Shown: positions 1-12,300 of the stretch, one piece after another
Numbering within the stretch: the stretch's first letter is position 1
Layout of the letters: each line of letters begins with the position of its first letter
Origin: Marsupella aquatica
Taxonomy: Eukaryota > Plantae > Marchantiophyta
Length of the DNA: 64,000 nt
Direction of reading: 5' to 3'
NCBI GenBank assembly: GCA_973895155.1
Contig: OZ316892.1
Coordinates: forward strand, 7,795,251 to 7,859,250
The notes under the pieces: model-generated
What the model saw: the letters and a program-made list of their open reading frames with translations, nothing else
Told to the model about the DNA's origin: nothing
Databases searched by the model: none
Translations under genes and position numbers: made by a program

Positions 1-490
1 GCAGCCCATTATCGATCAATAGAAACTGTAGGTCAACATTGATCATAACCTACAACAGCCCGATTCATAGCACTTTGTCTGGATCAACACAAAGCAAGCA
101 ATAAAAAGCGAGCAGCACAAACCTGATCGCCAAGAACAGCTTTAGCAACCCAAATCCATGCAGTAGCCCAGCGCTGCAAGCGCAGCTCAATGGAGCTCAG
201 CGTAGTACGTGTAGCCCAGCTCAATGTGCACCTCAGCTCAATGCGCAGCCCAGCTCAATGCAGCCTAGCGCAGCTCAATGCAGCCCAGCGCAGCTCAGCT
301 CTAGCTCGGATTGCAGCCCAGCTCAACCAGATTGCAGCTCAACTCTAAACTCGATCACAACCCACCTCGCAGCCCACTATCGATCAATAGAAACTGTAGC
401 TCACATTGATCATAACCTACAGCAGCCCGATTCATAGCACTTCGTCTTGATCAATACAAAGCAAGCAGCAAAAAGCGAGCAACACAAACA
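1..490 (+). repeat. ~120 bp direct duplication (1-122 / 369-490) flanking degenerate CAGCTCAATG-type tandem repeats (~165-345)
   Basis: GCAGCCCA(T/C)TATCGATCAATAGAAACTGTAG...AAAAAGCGAGCA(G/A)CACAAAC occurs twice, with short repeats between the copies. Confidence 0.85.
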
Positions 491-1247
491 AAAGAAAGGA
501 TGATTGTTGAAGCAAGCAAGATCGAGCACTCCCATACCTGAACTGAATAGAGCAGCAACTCTTTGAGCAAGCAGGCGCGACTCCCGTTTGAGCAACCCTC
601 ACAGTGCAGCACCCCTGTGTGTGCAAGCAGCAATGGAGCACTTCGAGCGCACCTCCCGTTCAGGCCCTGTTTCAGCAACCCTTGCAGCGCCGCGTACACT
701 CCTATGTGTGCAAGCAGCAAGCACCAATGCAACACTCCCGTTAGCAGCGCAGCACTCCCGTTAGCAACTTAGCACTTCCCTTAGTTTGGACAAACAAGAT
801 GCTATGGAGGCATGCGAGGAACAAATTGGGCGCTAACCAGGGACATTCAAAATGGTCCCCCAAAAACCCTAAACATGGAGGCCGGGTACGAGTCAAAACC
901 TGCCCCACTCTTGTATATACCCCATCCAAAACTCTTGCCATGTCTCAAATATGTAGACTACCCAATTGAGTACCCCCTAATTTGAAATGGGTGCCACGTG
1001 TCCCAATCCGATGGTGACACGTGTATACCTTGTTTTCTCGTAAGATATTACCCTATCTTTCCTCAACCCATTCCGCGGACATTGAACCCCCCGCAAACAA
1101 CCCTATCATTCTTTAAAGTGTATTTATGATTATATTGACCCCTATTGTTCTTACACAAATCTTCTTAAGTCTTTCCTATAATCTAATAAAACGACCCTAT
1201 ACTTTCTCGCACGTGATGTGCCGTTTTCGCGAAGTGAGACCCCCGAG
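1..1247. mobile_element. Right end of a TIR DNA transposon (same family as MITE at 60362-60658), running off the window start
   Basis: 1138-1247 closely matches 60548-60658 and ends in AGTGAGACCCCCGAG, the reverse complement of the MITE left TIR CTCGGGGGTCTCACT. It carries repeated subterminal ACCCTAT-like motifs. That the element spans all of 1-1137 is inferred. Confidence 0.7.
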
Positions 1248-2417
1248 GCAAGAAGATGCTTGAGCGAGAACAAATGAGCGGAAAGATTGAGTCAAGACTC
1301 TCCTAATTATGGTTTCTCCCTGACCGTGGTCAGTTTCTAACCACAGTTTCATTGTAGTCGGTTAAAAGTTACCATTAAAAAGAATCTTCTGGGAATATTC
1401 TTGATGGGTAAACCGACCTCATCCCTTTTACTGCGTTTGCTTTGTTTTTTCTCATTTGGTCCGTCACTATGTTTCCAGACCAAAGGTTTTGTAGATGAGT
1501 GAGCCATTTGGAAATGGATTGAGAATTACGGAGACGTCTCGCTCACTTCCAGATTGAGTATTGTAAATTAAATGTTGAAAGGAATGGAGAGAAACTAATG
1601 ACCTTGGGCTGGGTTCACAGTTAGCTAAGACAAGGAGAATATAGATAATGAAGCTGAGGATGGAAAGGATCCAAGATTGAAGTTGATCTAGACAAATTAG
1701 GCAGCTTCAATGATTCATTTGTGAAGGTAGCTAGATGAGATTCAGAATTAGAAGGAAGTGAGATGGGCACTAGTAAAGAGATGCAAATTGCTTCATCTCC
1801 CAGGTTACTTGGTGAGCCCATTTGGGGCTTTGTCTTCCAGGTTGTCCCATGACCCCATACATGCTCTGTTCACATGATCATAGCAAACACATGTGGGCAT
1901 GCACATAACTTTGATCCAGCACAAGACCTTTTAGGGACTCATTTTCTGATTAAATTTAGGAATTGCTAAACGGAAATAGGAGGATGGGGTCCCTGAACTA
2001 ATCATGCTTTTGAAGTTGATCAATAAATAATATCTCCAATTTGCAAACATAGAAAGTCCTTGATAATCTCATTAAGATTCTTGGAAGAAGCTAAAGTCAA
2101 ACTCCATACCAAGGGAGCTAAGTTTGGTAACACAGGACTCAAAACTAAGTACAAGGGATCTCTCTAATGTCTATGGAGCATGAGAGGCCTAGGGTGGCTT
2201 CACAAGACATGGGCCAGGGCACTTGTGACTTTTCTCACCAAAACAAACTTGATGGCCACTTCTTGTTCTTAAGATGACTCTAGACCAAAAACCTTTTGAA
2301 CTGAAGTTCAATAAATGCATATTTCTTGAATAAAGGAGTCAAAGTTTGGAAATGTTTTAGATCAATGAATAGAACCATATTCAAAAGTCTACATCCAGCA
2401 TGCCTATGCAAACGGTA

Positions 2418-2588
2418 AAATAAATAGTCACCAGCAATATTGCTTAAACGTTGATGACGATTTAAATCTACAATATTCAACCTATTCATACCCCTTCCAT
2501 TGAAATAAATGGTCACCAGCAATATTGCTTAAATGTTGATGACGATTTAAATCTACAATATTCAGCCTATTCAATGCCCTTCCATTGA
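2418..2588 (+). repeat. ~86 bp tandem duplication
   Basis: AAATAAAT(A/G)GTCACCAGCAATATTGCTTAAA...CCCTTCCATTGA is present twice head to tail. Confidence 0.9.
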
Positions 2589-2977
2589 TTTAGCATGCGG
2601 ACAGACCCTCAGATCCTAAAGCATTTGCAAGATGGATGATTTTAGTAGCATGGGGCTGACTTTATATCCATGCTTTCCCTGATGTCAGATTTTAACAATT
2701 CCTTGTTATCTTTTGTAGACAAATGGCACTTATATAAGTAGTGACTTCCCTCTAGCCCTAACTCTCCTACAGTCCATACCCGTGAGTGCATGTAGACTTC
2801 AGATGACACAAATCACCTCTCACTCTTGAACGAACAAAGCTCTAAAAGTTGCATCTCATTTAGCTCCTCCACACAATCAATGGACTTTTGGGCCCAAGTC
2901 CTTTCCCTTTGCAAGCCTTCCCAGGCTGTGCTTGAAAATCAAATACAAGTAGTCAATTGCCCTCATCAAAAACAGTG

Positions 2978-5900
2978 ATGGCATTTGTAGCATTTGGGAG
3001 AAAGAAAGTGAGCAATGCCCAACAGCAGCCAGAGGGCTCCAAAAACGCAATGCCCAACCCTGCAGAAGATGGGTCATCCACGCTGCAACAAATCCTTGAG
3101 CCCCAGGGAACAACAGTGCACAATGAAGTTCAGGGCTTCAAGATTTTGGAAGACCTGGATATGGACAATGGCGGGCTGCTCACAACAGGCATGATTGAGC
3201 ATGAAGCAACAGAACATTTTCCAAAGGGGGCGTTTTGCGAATCTCCAACTTTGAGGACGAAGCCTAAGCAAGGGCCTTTGGAGTCGGATGCTAGTGAAGG
3301 AGTCCCTCGAATTTTTGAGCACAATGCAGCGTTGAGGAGGAACTTTGACGATGTGAGTGTCTAGAATTGAGCACTATCACAGAGAACAGTATATTGTGGG
3401 GAACATCCAACAAATCTCTAATGCCAGTGAGAATCGGGGATACCATTTTGGAAAATATACATGAATTGAAGTCATTTTTACTCCCAGATTTTGCAGTTGT
3501 AGCCATTAGATTTGGTCAATTGCAAGTGCTTGACAGCTGACCTTAAACAATCTTGCCACTCTTCTACATCCTAGATGTTCATAGTCAAGTTTGAATTCAA
3601 TTACTCCTAGATTTGGTTTGTTTGCAGCTGAAGGTCCTGCATGTGCAACTAGCTATGGCCAATACGCAACTGCAAGAAGCATTTTGCAAGCTACAAGAGG
3701 ACAAGGTGATTTACAGATTCTATGGAATCCTGAAAACTAGGTGTATGGTAGTCTGCTTCTTTGGGGTGCATCGTGATAAATGCTTATTTTTGCTGCTATG
3801 CCCTCACCGACACGAAGAGCCTCCACCTCCTTGAACAGTTCATCTTGCTTGATGAGCATGGAGCTCTTAGGTGATTGTTTCCAAACAAAGAAATGCATGC
3901 GTGACAAGTAGTGAAGCTCTCAATGCGATACCTTTCTAAGCTTTGACGAGCTGGAGACTCGTTGACTACCAATTGACGTGAAGCTTTGCATCTGATTTTC
4001 TGTGCACCAGGAAAAAGCTGAGAAGGGACTCCAAAGATTTGGTGAGCTCCAACTTGAGAGGGGGATGCTCAAAGCTGATCTACAACAATTAATGAATATA
4101 ATTATCATCCTAAAAATTAGAGAATTTTAACTGCGATGGCTCACATGCTAATTACTTGCTACTAGAGTTAACGCAGACTCATCTTCAAATCCAAGTACTG
4201 TCAGAAAAACAACTTCACCTCAGCCTGGCCTTGTTAAATTCACAAAATATCATAACATTGAACGATAAATGGGCAATGGATCCCCTTATAGAGTTGTCTT
4301 AGACTCTTTGGAGATATTGGTTTCTAAGGAATTCCGAGAGACATTTAGCTACTAAAATTAGGCTTTGACATTTTTCCTCAACGTAATAATGCAGGAATCA
4401 TGCATGAATTGGAGCAAAAGAACCAGTGTCTTGAAAAGACGGTGGAAATCATCATAGGAGAGAACAAAGACCTAATTCAAAAACTTGAGATTTCACGGTA
4501 TTAAGAAAAGCATTAAAAAACAAGCAAAGTCAAATCAAGACCCCAAGGAATACCTCTTTGTAGCTTCTTAGTTACTTTTGGCCATATTATAAGAAGTATG
4601 TCACAAAATGGCATAATTGGTTGTGCTTTGACCTCTACAGCAGAGTAAGATTCTGTTCTAAATGATTTTCTCTATTTGACCATGCCAACCCCAAAACCAG
4701 ATATGTACGTGAATTTCTGGATCCCTGTTTTGTTCGAAAAACTAATAATTCATCCAGGGTACTAAATTATAGCTGTGGCATTTTTGGGAGATTTCAAGAA
4801 TGGAGAAAGAGAAGGTTTTGATGGAGAAGCATACAGCTGAACTGGAGTATACAAGGGAATTGTCAATTGTTAAAGTGGACGACCAGGCTTCCAGCAAACA
4901 AGCAGCTGAACTTGCACACAAGGTTTTCTTCTTCACCCTATTGAAGCCACCAAGAAATTCTAGCAATCATCTACTTTTCACTGAGCTGTTAACCAACAAC
5001 AATGTCAACGAAGGAAACACTCATTGTACTGAAGTCGTAGTATCAACTTCGTGAGGACAAATTTCATTGGCTCAAAATTCATAGTTTGCTGTTGAACGAG
5101 GGGTTGAGAAAACTTTACAGGGTTGCTTGTCGTCGATTTACTTCAGTGCAAACATCTGGAAATAGAGTTGGAGAAAGCAATTGCAGCTGGGGACAAGATA
5201 CATCAACAATTGATTTCCCTTACGTATGAGAAGGATTCTACAATCCAGGATCTCGAGCAGGCACTGCAAAGAGTTAGGTGAGTGAACATTTTGAAGCTCT
5301 AACTTTGCCCTAAATCTAGAAAATATAGTTTGGCATGCAATAGTCCATCTTCAAGTTTGATGTCCTTCACCCACCCTTGAATTCTCATTTCGACTCGCTT
5401 TGATATTCAGTAAACTTCATGACCATCAGTTCAGACCTGATTGGATATTGGGATTGCTATCTTGTCTTTATTACATACTTTTCCAGTTGGATTTCACTGA
5501 CTGATAGTCGCAGTAAATTCTCGTTAACTTGAAGAGCTCGGATTAAGGACTTGTTTTTTGAGCTCTTCAAGTCCGTTACGTGGGCTCTCATGCTTGCAAA
5601 ATGGTCGAGCAAAGATTTTCACCCCACAGGAAATCCGGTTGAAGTCAGTACAGCTTATACCCTGTCTTAAGTGTGTGTAATTTTGCGACTATGGTAGGGA
5701 AGATCTTCAAGGAGCGGAGAGGAGACATCGGTCAAATGAAAGTGACTGGCAGACTGAGAGGAAAAGGCTTCAAGCAAACATTGATGAGAAGGAAAGGTTT
5801 GTTCCATAACATGCAAGTAATTAGGAGCTATATGAAACGATTGACGCATTATTGTAAAAGTTGGAAATTCTGTTGATCATTGCTACACTCTACTTCTTTT

Positions 5901-8357
5901 TTTTCAAACACCTCGTGTACTTGGAAAGCAGCTCTCGTTGCCAAGTTTTCAAGACTATACGAATCTCCACAAACCAATCTCATTTTTTCACAGTACATGA
6001 AGGGACAGGCATAACACTTTCAGATATCTGAACTAAAATTGTCTTCAGCACTTTACAAAGTTGTCACGAACAGATCATAAGTTTAAGAAAGTGTCTGGTT
6101 GTTTCAGACAAGAACACATGTTCAAGTCTACCATCAAAGAGGAAGCGGATCAAAAATTGAAGGAAGCCTCTACAGAAATATCTGAATTACATGCAACACT
6201 AATAGCCCTCGAGAAACCCAGAGCAGACGCTGAGATTTTGCACTTGGAGACTATGAGAGAGCTAACCAAGGTAACCAATTCCAAGTCAGTCTCTGCAACG
6301 CTAAATGACTAATCTATGGTACACTACTCAAGTCCGGGTATTATCCACTTCAAGATATCATGATCACAATGAATTGTTACATCCTTGTTATTGTCACAAA
6401 GATCCTACATCGACGTCCATAGATCCGAGCTGAAGGTATAAGGAACTCTCCCTCTTATTTTATATAACAGTGGCCAAAGGCATTGTGCATCTGAAAAATT
6501 CGATGAAAAGTATGTAGTGCACTTGATGATGTTTATCGTCTTGCAACGACTGAAGTGAGTTGATCCATCATTTGAGAGCAGGAAAAGGAGATACTGCGTA
6601 AAGAATTGGTGACAGCATTGGCAGCTCAAAAAGAGGCCTCGGTTTGTTTGTCAGAAATGGAAGACCTGCGTGGACAATTGACTGCTGCCCTTGCTCAAAA
6701 CCAGGAATCCTTTAACAAAATAGCAGACTTTAGGTGAAGTATTGTCTAGTGATCTTCTTACCAATGGAGGAATTTGTTCCATATTTTCTTCGGGCGTCAC
6801 TCTCACTATGGTATTGCAGTTGTCCCGTGTTCAGATTGTATTTAGATTTCTACCAAGGTGGACCGAACTGGAACCACGGTGGTCTTTAATTGAGTCGAAA
6901 ATTCAATTAAATTTAAGAAGTCGCTAGATCAGTACGCTCATCTGAGATTTATGCGGTAACTTGCAATGATCAAGGCACACGTGGGCATGTTATAGGAAAG
7001 TAAGAGAAGACCTCGAGGAAAGCGTAGAGACTCTTAAATTACAGCTAGACGAGCTTGGTGCCATTCGAGGCAGAGAGTATGCGGAGCATGCCCGAAAATT
7101 GGAAAGTGTCCAGGTGTTGAATTCATGCCTCGCATCTGTCCTGATGTATCGAGCAATTTCGATTTTTTTAATACAAGTTGGTATAATGTGGAAGTTTTTG
7201 TACACTGAAATTTGATATTTTTCATTCTCAGATTATCCTTCATTTGCTCCCTATCATTTTGTTTGACAAATGCTAGATCAACACTCTGAAGGTTTGAATG
7301 AACAGCGGAAATGGGCTGCAGAAAAGTCAGCTATGCTCTCGAAGACAGAAAACATCGTCAACGAACTGAGGAAGGATCACAGCTGCAAGAGTCATGCCTT
7401 AAAAAAGGTAGATGCTTATGCTTTTAGTGGTCTGATTATCTGCAACTGGACTCATCAGATCGAGGCCATTCATGAAACAATACAAACATCTCACGCGAGC
7501 TCCCTTCAGAATGCCTTCGCTGTTTGCTACTACTCCGCGATTTCTACTAGAATCTGAGAAATGCGTTCAATTGCGGAAGTCTCTTTCGTCCAGAAGGGAA
7601 TTTTGGGTGTGCTTAAAGGAAACTTAAATTTCAGGCGTAGGCGTTCTTCTCCCTCGTCCGTAGACAGTCAAGGTAGTCCAGGACATAGACGAAAACTGAA
7701 GTGTTCAAGCAATGTCGGATAGTATGGCAGTCACGCGTAGGGAACAGAGTAGCAAGTTGCCAGTATGTACACATTGGTTGAATTCATTTGTGTTTGCTGA
7801 ACTTGCTTTCAATTCAGAAATTGAAGCAAACCCAGAAGTCTTTGGCCACGATGACTATGGGCCACAACCAAACTCTAGTTCGTCTGCGGGAATGTGAAGC
7901 ACAACTTGCTATTGCTCAATCAACAAGGGTTTGCTTCTCCAGAAACGATATCTGCAATTGCCTTCACCGTGCTCCAAAAATATTACTACGGTGTGATAGA
8001 TGACATGGAATATTACAAAAGCTGACATAAATCTGGTCAACGGACACAAATCTCTTCAACCACTAGATTTTGAGTCCATCATGTCGTCTACTTCAAGTAT
8101 TTACATACCGATGTTAGGATAAGCAAGATAAGATGTATGTCACAAGATTGATCTAAATAGTGGTCTATTTCCACTGCCTTAAGTTAATAATGCTATAAAT
8201 TTTGCAGCGCCAGACAGCAACTTCAACACCAGTGTTTTCAAAACTTTCCGGCTCGCTAGACTGTATCAACTCCAGCAGATTCAGAGCAGAGTTGAAAGAA
8301 ATTGAAGAAAGATATGCTAAATTTTTCGGTAACCCAGATGTGGTAGTTACTCCTTGA
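2978..8357 (+). CDS. Multi-exon long coiled-coil protein of unknown family (approximate model)
   Basis: Chain of AG/GT-bounded exons giving heptad-like E/K/Q/L-rich peptides: ~2978-3352, 3628-3705 (LKVLHVQLAMANTQLQE), 4011-4041, 4395-4497, ~4773-4922, 5147-5277, ~5698-5796, 6108-6270, 6582-6732, 6996-7113, ~7277-7407, 7818-7928 and 8208-8357 (ends VVVTP-stop). The start codon and some small exons are uncertain. Confidence 0.65.
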
Positions 8358-9174
8358 GAATCAGAGACAACGAGAAGAACGACAATCGTGACGATTAGCA
8401 TCAGGTGCAGAAGTACTTCATGTAAGGAATGCCATTATTCTTAAACAGCTCGAAGGATTTCAGCGAGATACCAGACAGATCCTGGAATAGCATGATAAGA
8501 TGTCGATCAGCAACCAAACACAGGTACGAGCTTTTCAATTTTCAGGAAGTACTTCTCCCAACTTTTAATTTCATGCATAGAATTCTTCTGATGTCCGAGC
8601 ATCCGGGGTATCGTACGGAAAGCTAAACTACTTCGGTCTCATCTTGTGTGGCTTGTCTTATCAGGATGGCTTGTCTTATCAGGATCCGACCATATTAAGA
8701 ATTGACGCTGTCCTACTCATGCAACCCAAGAGCATTCAGTGAACAACAAGCAAGAGTTCGGGCACCTGAAAGGTTATTTAACATAACATAGGATTGTAAT
8801 CTTTGTGCAAAGGTCTTAGAGAAGTTCCTTGAAGGCTTGTCAGCACCATCTATTATCCAAGTACTGTAAGGATAGCCAGAAAAACCCTTGATCTAGTTGC
8901 AATGGCAACTGAAGAAATCCCTTTAAAATCTTTGGTTCTGGAATTCCAGATTCTACTCTCCAATTGTTCTTTATCCAAGTCAATACGATCTATCGAGTCG
9001 GGAGGCCTAATAAATGTTGACTTACGATTTGTCCCCAAATTCCGCAGTAGGTACGTTCACAAAGGCTGAAGTGCGTAAATCCACTAGGACATCATCTCCG
9101 TTGCAGTGAGCTGCAAGAGGAATATTCTTGACAAGCTAGAGCTTTCCTGATAGTAGATCTACTGAGTGCGCGCC

Positions 9175-12100
9175 TCATGTAAGAATACGATCTACAATTT
9201 CTTGAAAATACTTCACATCCTTCTTCCAAAGCCTGCATACACTTGGACATCAGATTGATCACTGCCTGGAATCTAGTACTTAGGAATCTAGGACCTCTAG
9301 AAACCATGCATTGATGCTGATAGCTTGAGCACCAACTATCGTCTCCTGTCCAAGACAGTAACTCAGACGGGGTCCGTATTCGAGTATTTCGACTCGATGG
9401 GTTCAGACACTGCTTAAGATAACAGAGAAGAGATGGCTGTCTGGCACTGCTTAACATGTATTCCACAAGTAAAAATGGTTATTGAGTTTGGCAATGAGAT
9501 CTCCAATGTCAGTACTCACCATGCGTCTATGCCGATAGCTTGAGCTCCAGCCTTATCTGCGGTGGCGTCATCTCCAACATGTACTGCTTGCTCGGCAGCA
9601 ACTTTTAACTCCTCTGGAAGAAAGGAAAACCAGCAGAGCACAATCCATTCACACCACCAGAGAACGTAAAAGTTCAGAGACTGTACTCCTTGGAAACCAT
9701 CAGTCATAATGAAGCTCAGAAAGATGCACTACAGTTCAGAGTCGTAAACTCTTCTGACAAAATTCCTTCTATTGCCATAGGTTCCAACCAACTCAAGAAA
9801 CCACAGAGATACAACAAATGATCCGAAATATTGTGCTAAAACTTGAGGTTTGGGGATACTAAATCCAGCAAATAATCAACAAAATAAGCAGCAATATGCA
9901 CGAATTACTTACTGAGAGCGGCTTGAAAGATCTGTGGTGCAGGCTTTTCAAAGCCAATTTCAGACGAGACAATAACGGAATCAAATCTGTAATAGAACGA
10001 CTGTGTGAGAACTATACTTCAACTTAAGTCATGTAGTTATTTTCAAGAAGCGAACGCAAGAGTTAATTCCTCTACTCGAATCGTCTACATCAATGCCAAA
10101 ACAATGCCATTCACGGACAAAAATGACTTGTCATTCCTATGTTCTAACTATCTTACTGATCATACTAAATAAACAAAACGGCACATGATCATGCATAGAT
10201 AGCTTCCGATTCTGATACAAAGAGTACTACGTTTTGAGATAGGTGAAGCACAGTAGTGTTCATTGCCGTGTATATACTTAAGCTAACTGATCCCACTCCG
10301 ACCTAATTGAGCAATCTGACCAGACATACGAGATCAACTTATGAGAATGACAAGCAATTATATGCTTCGGGACAGTTTTCAGAGCATGTACACGATGTAA
10401 AATAAAAAGTAGGCCAGACCTTACAAGCTATACACTTGCAGATCTTGTAAAACTGGTCGCAACCGAGAGTCGAAATTTGAGACGATGGCGAGTTTCACTG
10501 ATCCCAACCTCTTGTCAGTCCAATGCACAGACCAATCTATGGCCCTGCCCGGCTCAATGCTTGTTACTTTACATTTCAAGTGCACTAGCAACAATTTGAT
10601 GCCCGACAAAGCTGATAGAAATATACGACAAGAATTAATTGAGATGATAAGACAGACAATGTACCTCCCGCATCTCGGAGCTGGACCAAACCTTCATAAG
10701 CACCCTCAGCCACCTTCCAAGAACTACCCTTTGCAAAGTGCTGGCTTTACACGGACCATAATAAAGAAAAACAGAGGTCGTCAGGCTCGTCTGCAGTTAC
10801 TCCGTCTCAGTTACACTTCTTGAATTGATAGCCTGATGCAACCTCAACTGACCTGCTGCAGTATATTATCTGACACACAGCATTTTCCAAAGTGCCGTAG
10901 CTACAGCGAACATCACTGCAATCAACAAGGGAATTACGAGGATCATTGATCACTTATCATTGCTACCTGGTAGAGCTCTTCAAAATAGGCCTCATCACTG
11001 CAACCAGTCGCAGTGGCAACAGCATATCTCCAAAAGGGTCTTCCATCTCCCTGCAATTGAAAGGATCTTGTCACCTTTAGATACGCCTAGGGAGATTGAT
11101 AAAATAAAACAGGGAGGAACTCAAGCCCGAATATCTAAGAGAACAAAATTGGCATTTGTGGAGCAGTGGGACAAAGTCAATGAATTGACCTCATATCGTA
11201 GGCGTTCTGGCCATGGTTCGGTAAAAGCCTTTTTAAAACCCTTCTTTATGGCATCTGGTGTTACCTTTACGCCTGTACACACGGTAGCTGTTCATGACGA
11301 GCATGCAACACGGAAAATGAAACGATCGCTCCCTTCAGGGATTTGGAGCCCACTACCATATTTTCAACGTAAAAACTAGTTTGCAGAGCCGAATTGTTTA
11401 TTGACTTACTGAAATTCAAGCGGTACTTCAACCCAGAAGACGATGTCAGCATTCAACTGAGGACCGTCCAGCATTGACCTCAGCTGCTCATTGTTTTGAA
11501 GCAACCGGTTTCAAGTAAAGCAAAATAGCAAAAGAGCTGATTAGAGAACTCACCATACTTTTCTCCAAAGCCGGCGTATATCTCCGGAACAGGCCTGGAC
11601 GTCTCAAGCAGAGTCCCTCCCACGTCCAAAAGCAATGCTTCATATTTTGGCCCACCTTCCGAGATAACATTTGAAAATGTCACTTCTCTATCGTATCTTG
11701 GACCCTGGTGCAACTTTGCATCTGACTAGACTTGGTGAATCATAATGCAATGCCCTACAGGCCTATACTTTCTCTAAATAGCTCAAAGATCCACAAAAAG
11801 ACGAATTCATTATAGATGATAGGAATCAACATACAGTTTTTGGTTCATAAGTATTCAACGAGAAAGATTCTAGAACCGGTTCCCAATAGTGGGCATTTCG
11901 GGTGTTCATCTAAGCTACGGTCCAAACCTCTCAGTCTTCATTAAACAAGATGTCAGTTTAGATACTAAAGCGAAAAATGGATGCCAAGTTAGATGTCCTT
12001 TAGGGTATCTTGGGCCCCAATTCTCTAAGACTCGCACTCAAAAATCCGGAGACAATTTACAACCACAGATGCTCAAGGAAAAATTCAAAACAAACAGCAA

Positions 12101-12300
12101 TTGGGAAAGAAAGAAAGTAGATTTGTTCAAAAACCTGCTGCAGCAAACGCCGCGCACTGAATTGCTGGCCCTCGAAGTTGCTCGCCTGAGCGGATGAGAC
12201 GTGACGGAGCAGCAGTGCAGCGAGAAGAAACCGAAGACGGTGGCCGAAGTCCCGGGCTCTTCAGGATCACTCCGGCTGCTCTGGAAGACAAATTCGCCAT
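9175..12300 (-). CDS. HAD-superfamily hydrolase (HDHD3/At1g14310-like) with probable plastid transit peptide
   Basis: Exons at about 12300-12135, 11722-11553, 11273-11191, 11051-10968, 10740-10665, 10497-10424, 9986-9912, 9612-9520 and 9232-9175. They give HAD motifs LLLDVGGTL, VSNFD, GFEKP and VHVGDD...D, and an N-terminus rich in S/R/A. Confidence 0.9.

Noticed and set aside
1620-2300. Degenerate LINE ORF1 remnant on the - strand
   Set aside because: Only a faint WIKV..MP pattern amid stops, too weak to call without a profile search.
2978-8357. Naming the coiled-coil gene ZYP1 or another known protein
   Set aside because: Only generic heptad composition is visible, and no diagnostic motif was recognised.
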